The position numbers and the translations under genes were made by a program. From the NCBI RefSeq assembly GCF_050865035.1, contig NZ_JBOZWP010000022.1:65993-89992 (forward strand): 24,000 bases of DNA. Reading direction: 5' to 3'. Positions 23,451 to 24,000 of the stretch are shown here, piece by piece. The DNA is from Shewanella sp. GXUN23E (GTDB taxonomy: Bacteria; Pseudomonadota; Gammaproteobacteria; Enterobacterales; Shewanellaceae). Under the pieces are notes generated by a model that was given only the letters and a program-made list of their open reading frames with translations, was not told where the DNA came from and searched no databases. Positions within the stretch are counted from its first letter, which is position 1. Every line of letters begins with the position of its first letter.

Positions 23451-24000
23451 TATCCCCGCCCAGGCTAAGCCACAATCCCCCACAGATAGCCAACAATACC
23501 ATTCCGCATTAAAGTTCAGTCACCCTTGCCCAGTCTCTCGAACACATTTTTATCACGTGTTTTGTGCAACTGACGAAGTTGTTCCAAGCCTGACTGTAGG
23601 CCTCCTCTATGTCTTCATATCCGTTGAAACAGCGATTAGCGAGATGATGTTGACGTAGCCAGCTCCACACCTGCTCAATGGGGTTGAGCTCCGGGGAATA
23701 GGGAGGCAATTTGAGTATCGACAGGTTCGGGATATCAACGGCAATGTCATAGGTATGCCCCCCTGCACCATCCATTACTACTACAGCATACCGCCCAGGT
23801 TTGGTGCGCTTGGCGATCAGCTCCAGGTGCTGGCGTGTGATGTCCTTGTTCACAAACGGCGTGATGATGGCTTCAGTTTCTCCCGTTGCAGGACAGACAG
23901 AGCCGAAGAGGTGCGCGTATTCAAACTGCCGCTGTTTCAGCGCTCTGGGTCTACTGCCTTTCGGCGCCCGGAGTCGTGTCGTTGTATTTTGCTGACCAAA
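23451..24000 (-). mobile_element. Partial IS630-family insertion sequence. The inner end is not determinable from one end alone and the element extends beyond the window.
   Basis: Transposase as described above. IS630 elements end a few tens of bp after the transposase stop at a TA target. Several TA dinucleotides (23451, 23466, 23487, 23497) are candidate junctions. The left coordinate is a guess. Confidence 0.4.
23509..24000 (-). CDS. IS630-family (Tc1/mariner-like) DDE transposase, C-terminal ~163 codons. The gene continues beyond the right edge.
   Basis: The track shows only 23509-23853, starting at an internal GTG. Manual translation shows the same frame is open to position 24000: FGQQNTTTRLRAPKGSRPRALKQRQFEYAHLFGSVCPATGETEAIITPFVNKDITRQHLELIA... 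It contains the signature VVMDGAGGH...LPPYSPELNPIEQVW...E. Confidence 0.85.
   Translation of the reverse strand, partial: FGQQNTTTRLRAPKGSRPRALKQRQFEYAHLFGSVCPATGETEAIITPFVNKDITRQHLELIAKRTKPGRYAVVVMDGAGGHTYDIAVDIPNLSILKLPPYSPELNPIEQVWSWLRQHHLANRCFNGYEDIEEAYSQAWNNFVSCTKHVIKMCSRDWARVTEL

Noticed and set aside
1-24000. CRISPR arrays, tRNA or rRNA genes, tandem repeats, and defence or toxin-antitoxin style gene pairs.
   Set aside because: No direct-repeat/spacer periodicity, no cloverleaf-like or rRNA-like segments, and no small paired ORFs of that type were seen on visual inspection. Every gap over 100 bp is accounted for as a promoter or terminator region.

Overview
This is a respiratory locus from a gammaproteobacterium of about 52% GC. 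Gene order and protein types resemble the Shewanella-type fdh region, but the taxon is only an inference. The left 15 kb is entirely on the minus strand. It holds an accessory module (DUF3305, DUF3306, a 562-aa polyferredoxin, a TorD-family chaperone) followed by two paralogous four-gene operons for periplasmic, Tat-exported, cysteine-type (non-selenocysteine) formate dehydrogenase. Each operon encodes a small Tat-signal protein (FdhX), a Mo/W-bisPGD catalytic subunit (FdhA), a four-cluster Fe-S subunit (FdhB) and a cytochrome b subunit (FdhC). Copy 1's fdhC runs off the left edge and was found by manual translation. A terminator-bounded LysR plus pirin unit separates the two operons. Divergent from the accessory module are fdhD (sulfurtransferase) and, translationally coupled to it, an HTH plus periplasmic-binding-like regulator. 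The right 7 kb is housekeeping or miscellaneous: rlmF, a FliL-like gene, ubiC, a His-rich 518-aa membrane protein, an NRDE/TANGO2-like protein, a secreted NTF2-like protein, a PlsC-family acyltransferase and ridA. A partial IS630-family transposase runs off the right edge. No rRNA, tRNA, CRISPR array or recognisable defence system was seen. There is no clear-cut novel system here. The least understood part is the conserved but uncharacterised FDH accessory set (FdhX, DUF3305, DUF3306, polyferredoxin), together with an FdhD whose cysteine motif seems relocated and a possible oxyanion-sensing regulator. All homology calls are by-eye motif recognition; no searches were run.
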